Assembly: GCF_020745735.1 (NCBI RefSeq)
Contig: NC_083446.1
Coordinates: 20,748,068-20,812,067 of the forward strand
Reading direction: 5' to 3'
DNA: 64,000 nt
From: Hemiscyllium ocellatum
Taxonomy: Eukaryota
Shown here in pieces: positions 61,616-64,000 of this stretch (its first letter is position 1; the number at the start of each line of letters is the position of its first letter). Position numbers and translations under genes: made by a program. The notes below the pieces were generated by a model. The model had not been told where the DNA came from, ran no database searches, and saw only the letters and a program-made list of their open reading frames with translations.

Positions 61616-63298
61616 CTATGAAACAAAGATCAAATTAAATGGAAAATGTCTCTTTATGATAAAGACACCCAATCTTCATATTACTTGTTCAAAGGGTGAA
61701 GAATCCACCTTCAAAACGGCAATGCCAACTATTGCTGAAACGATGCTTACTATTGTTGATGTATTTTGATTTGTGAAAGTATTTTCGATTACCTATGACA
61801 TAACCTGTGCAATTATTCCAAAAGAACACTGGCTTTGTAACAAGTGAAACCAATGAAAAACTTAAAATCCTCGAAGATATCATCATGTAACCCATGGAAT
61901 TATCTTTCTTTCAGAGCTTGTCTCTCACTTAAGACCATCTATTGATACTTGTGACAGGAGTAATCTGAATTTAATTAGTTCATTGCCATGTTCATAACGC
62001 TTAGGTGCAAGTGCTGCTGGTCACGCTGATTGCCAAGTCACACCCCAAATTATGGACAAATTATAATAAATAATAATTAGTCTCTTTGCAGGTTCTTAAG
62101 TGTTACAGCAGCGGTGAACATCCATAGCAATTTTGTTCATTATATTTAACGTCATCAAAAATACTTTGCGTTATTGGTGTGATGTCATTCTGTAATTTAT
62201 GCCATTGTTCCTCGTGGGCTGAGTACAGTATTGGATATCTAGAAGGACACCCATCTCCTTAAGTCTTTCCCTCCATTCAGTTAGATCATGACTGGTCTGT
62301 ACTTCCACTTTATTTACCAAGCTGCATTTTTAATTTTTTTCATAGAGCAGGGGAGAAAAAAACAAACAAAAGAGTCTTAAATTAATCTGCAAACGTGATG
62401 GAAATGTGAACTAATTTTATAGACATCCACTGCTCACTGTGTAAACGTCACCACCCCAAACCAGGCTAAATCAGCCTGTCTCGAGTTCCTAGTTTATTCA
62501 TCCCCAATTGTAGCATTCTCACCAGAATTTATTCTCCTGCCTCATCCACTCATTACAAAGAGCATCTTAATGAAGCTCAGTGAGATCACGTTTATCTCAG
62601 TTCATCAACTTGGTCTGTGGTCTGAACCCATAAATGAAGTTTCAGAGCTCAGTACCGAATAAACATCGATGTCGTACAATGTCCAAGGCCAACAGGTCAT
62701 TGCTGAGCAGGGAATGAAGCATTGAACGCATTTTGATTTATTTTCAAGTAAGGGTCACTGAATATTTTAACCACTTCATTTTGAGACCACAACATCATAA
62801 GATAGAGGATCAAGATAATGCTGTTTGGCCAATCCAGAGTTTAGATCAGAATGATGCTGGAAAAACACAGCAGGTCAGGCAGCACCCGACGAGCAGGAAA
62901 ATCGACGTTTCAGGCTAAAGCCATTCTACTGTCTTCTCCCCATACTAAACAAGAGCCGATTTATCTCTGGCTTAAATACACACAATGTCCTTGAAGCCAC
63001 TACCAGGCAAGGATTCAGCACTCTGAATGTCTCTCCCAGCATGGTCAGACAACAAACTATTTGACAAAGCTCACTGTCTATATATCTATCTTCAATAGAG
63101 GAGAAACATGCTTTTCTGACTTGCCAAAATGTTGAATTGTGAGCAATGCTAATGTAATACTCAAACTGAAATGAGATATGTGACATGTTAGTAAACGAGA
63201 AGCTGTACCATGCTGTTTACTACGCCTGATAAATTAGTGTGTTTGATTTACATCAGAGTTCAGAATTATTTGTACCTCTCTCAGTATCTGTCTCTTAC

Positions 63299-63611
63299 CC
63301 TGGAGTGCGGTGATGTTTTTATTTTGAATGTTCCCTCCATGAGTGACCTGGCAGATATAGACTGCGCTGTTGTACCATTCACCATGAGGGACCGTCAGGC
63401 GACTCGTCATCGAGAGGTTCCCGTTTGCCTCATACACGGGAGACGTGAAGAAGCCAGAAGCCAAGGGTCAGTCACTTTTTTAATCAACTCATGGAGATTG
63501 ACTTCGGATGGAAATCGATGATTGAACAGACGACAGTTGCAAACTTGCTGTTTGTGATTTCTTCACTGGAGCTCACAGTAAGGAGAAGAGTTGGTTGGAG
63601 AATATCTGGAC
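63299..63611 (-). pseudogene. IGHM: IgM heavy chain CH2 exon (disrupted)
   Basis: Acceptor CCAAAG| at 63612, donor |GTAAGA at 63298. Translates [42 protein letters not shown], then after a +1 shift ASGFFTSPVYEANGNLSMTSRLTVPHGEWYNSAVYICQVTHGGNIQNKNITALQ, a C1-set Ig domain like shark Cmu2. Conserved Trp is TGA (63484-63486); the frameshift is in the A-run near 63476-63481; length 313 nt. Confidence 0.93.
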
Positions 63612-64000
63612 CTTTGGGAAACACGTTGTATAAATTATCTGACGAATTTCATAACAAATACAATCAGTTCTCATATATCAAGGCTTCCAAAAGACAAAGT
63701 GCAAATACATCGGCGAATTTCAGAGAAATGTAAATTAAATAGGGCAATGAGAATAGAGGTTTTTAACTTCCTCAGCATAGGCGTGGATATTCATTTTGCC
63801 AAAAATTTAGAGGGAGTACAATTCTGAAAATGCCCCCAGGAGAATATTTTTACAAAGTTTGTGTTAATACAGAGAATTTTAATCCATACCTTGCAAGAGA
63901 GGGGTGAACCTGGACTTGACTTTAGGGAATGAAGTCGACCCAGTGGGTAAAACATCAATGGTGGAGCACTTTGCAAACAGTGATCGCAAATCAGTTGGAT

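Overview
Repeat-dense cartilaginous-fish (shark) genomic DNA. HE1-type SINEs with (TAATC)n-like tails suggest an orectolobiform or bamboo-shark-like genome (inference). The only recognisable host gene is an immunoglobulin mu (IgM) heavy-chain constant region on the minus strand at about 57.4-63.6 kb. It comprises CH2, CH3, CH4 plus secretory tail, TM1 and a probable TM2; CH1 and V/D/J would lie beyond base 64000. Every complete exon carries stops, frameshifts or lost canonical residues, so this is a pseudogene cluster. The other ~57 kb lies 3' of the cluster and is mostly mobile DNA: an internally deleted, env-bearing gamma/epsilon-like ERV (3.7-9.2 kb), a Gmr1-type Gypsy element with integrase before RT (10.2-15.9 kb) plus a second fragment (51.7-53.3 kb), many CR1/HER1 LINE fragments including a near-complete copy with ORF1 (36.2-39.8 kb), two SINE families, Penelope fragments, PIF/Harbinger relics and MITEs. 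A 169-N gap is at 39918-40086. The best non-routine signal is a compact octamer/E-box/EICE cluster at 43.85-44.47 kb, about 13 kb downstream of the mu TM exons, which is a candidate B-cell 3' enhancer. All calls are by eye with no database searches. TE boundaries are approximate and most ORF-track entries are repeat-derived artefacts.
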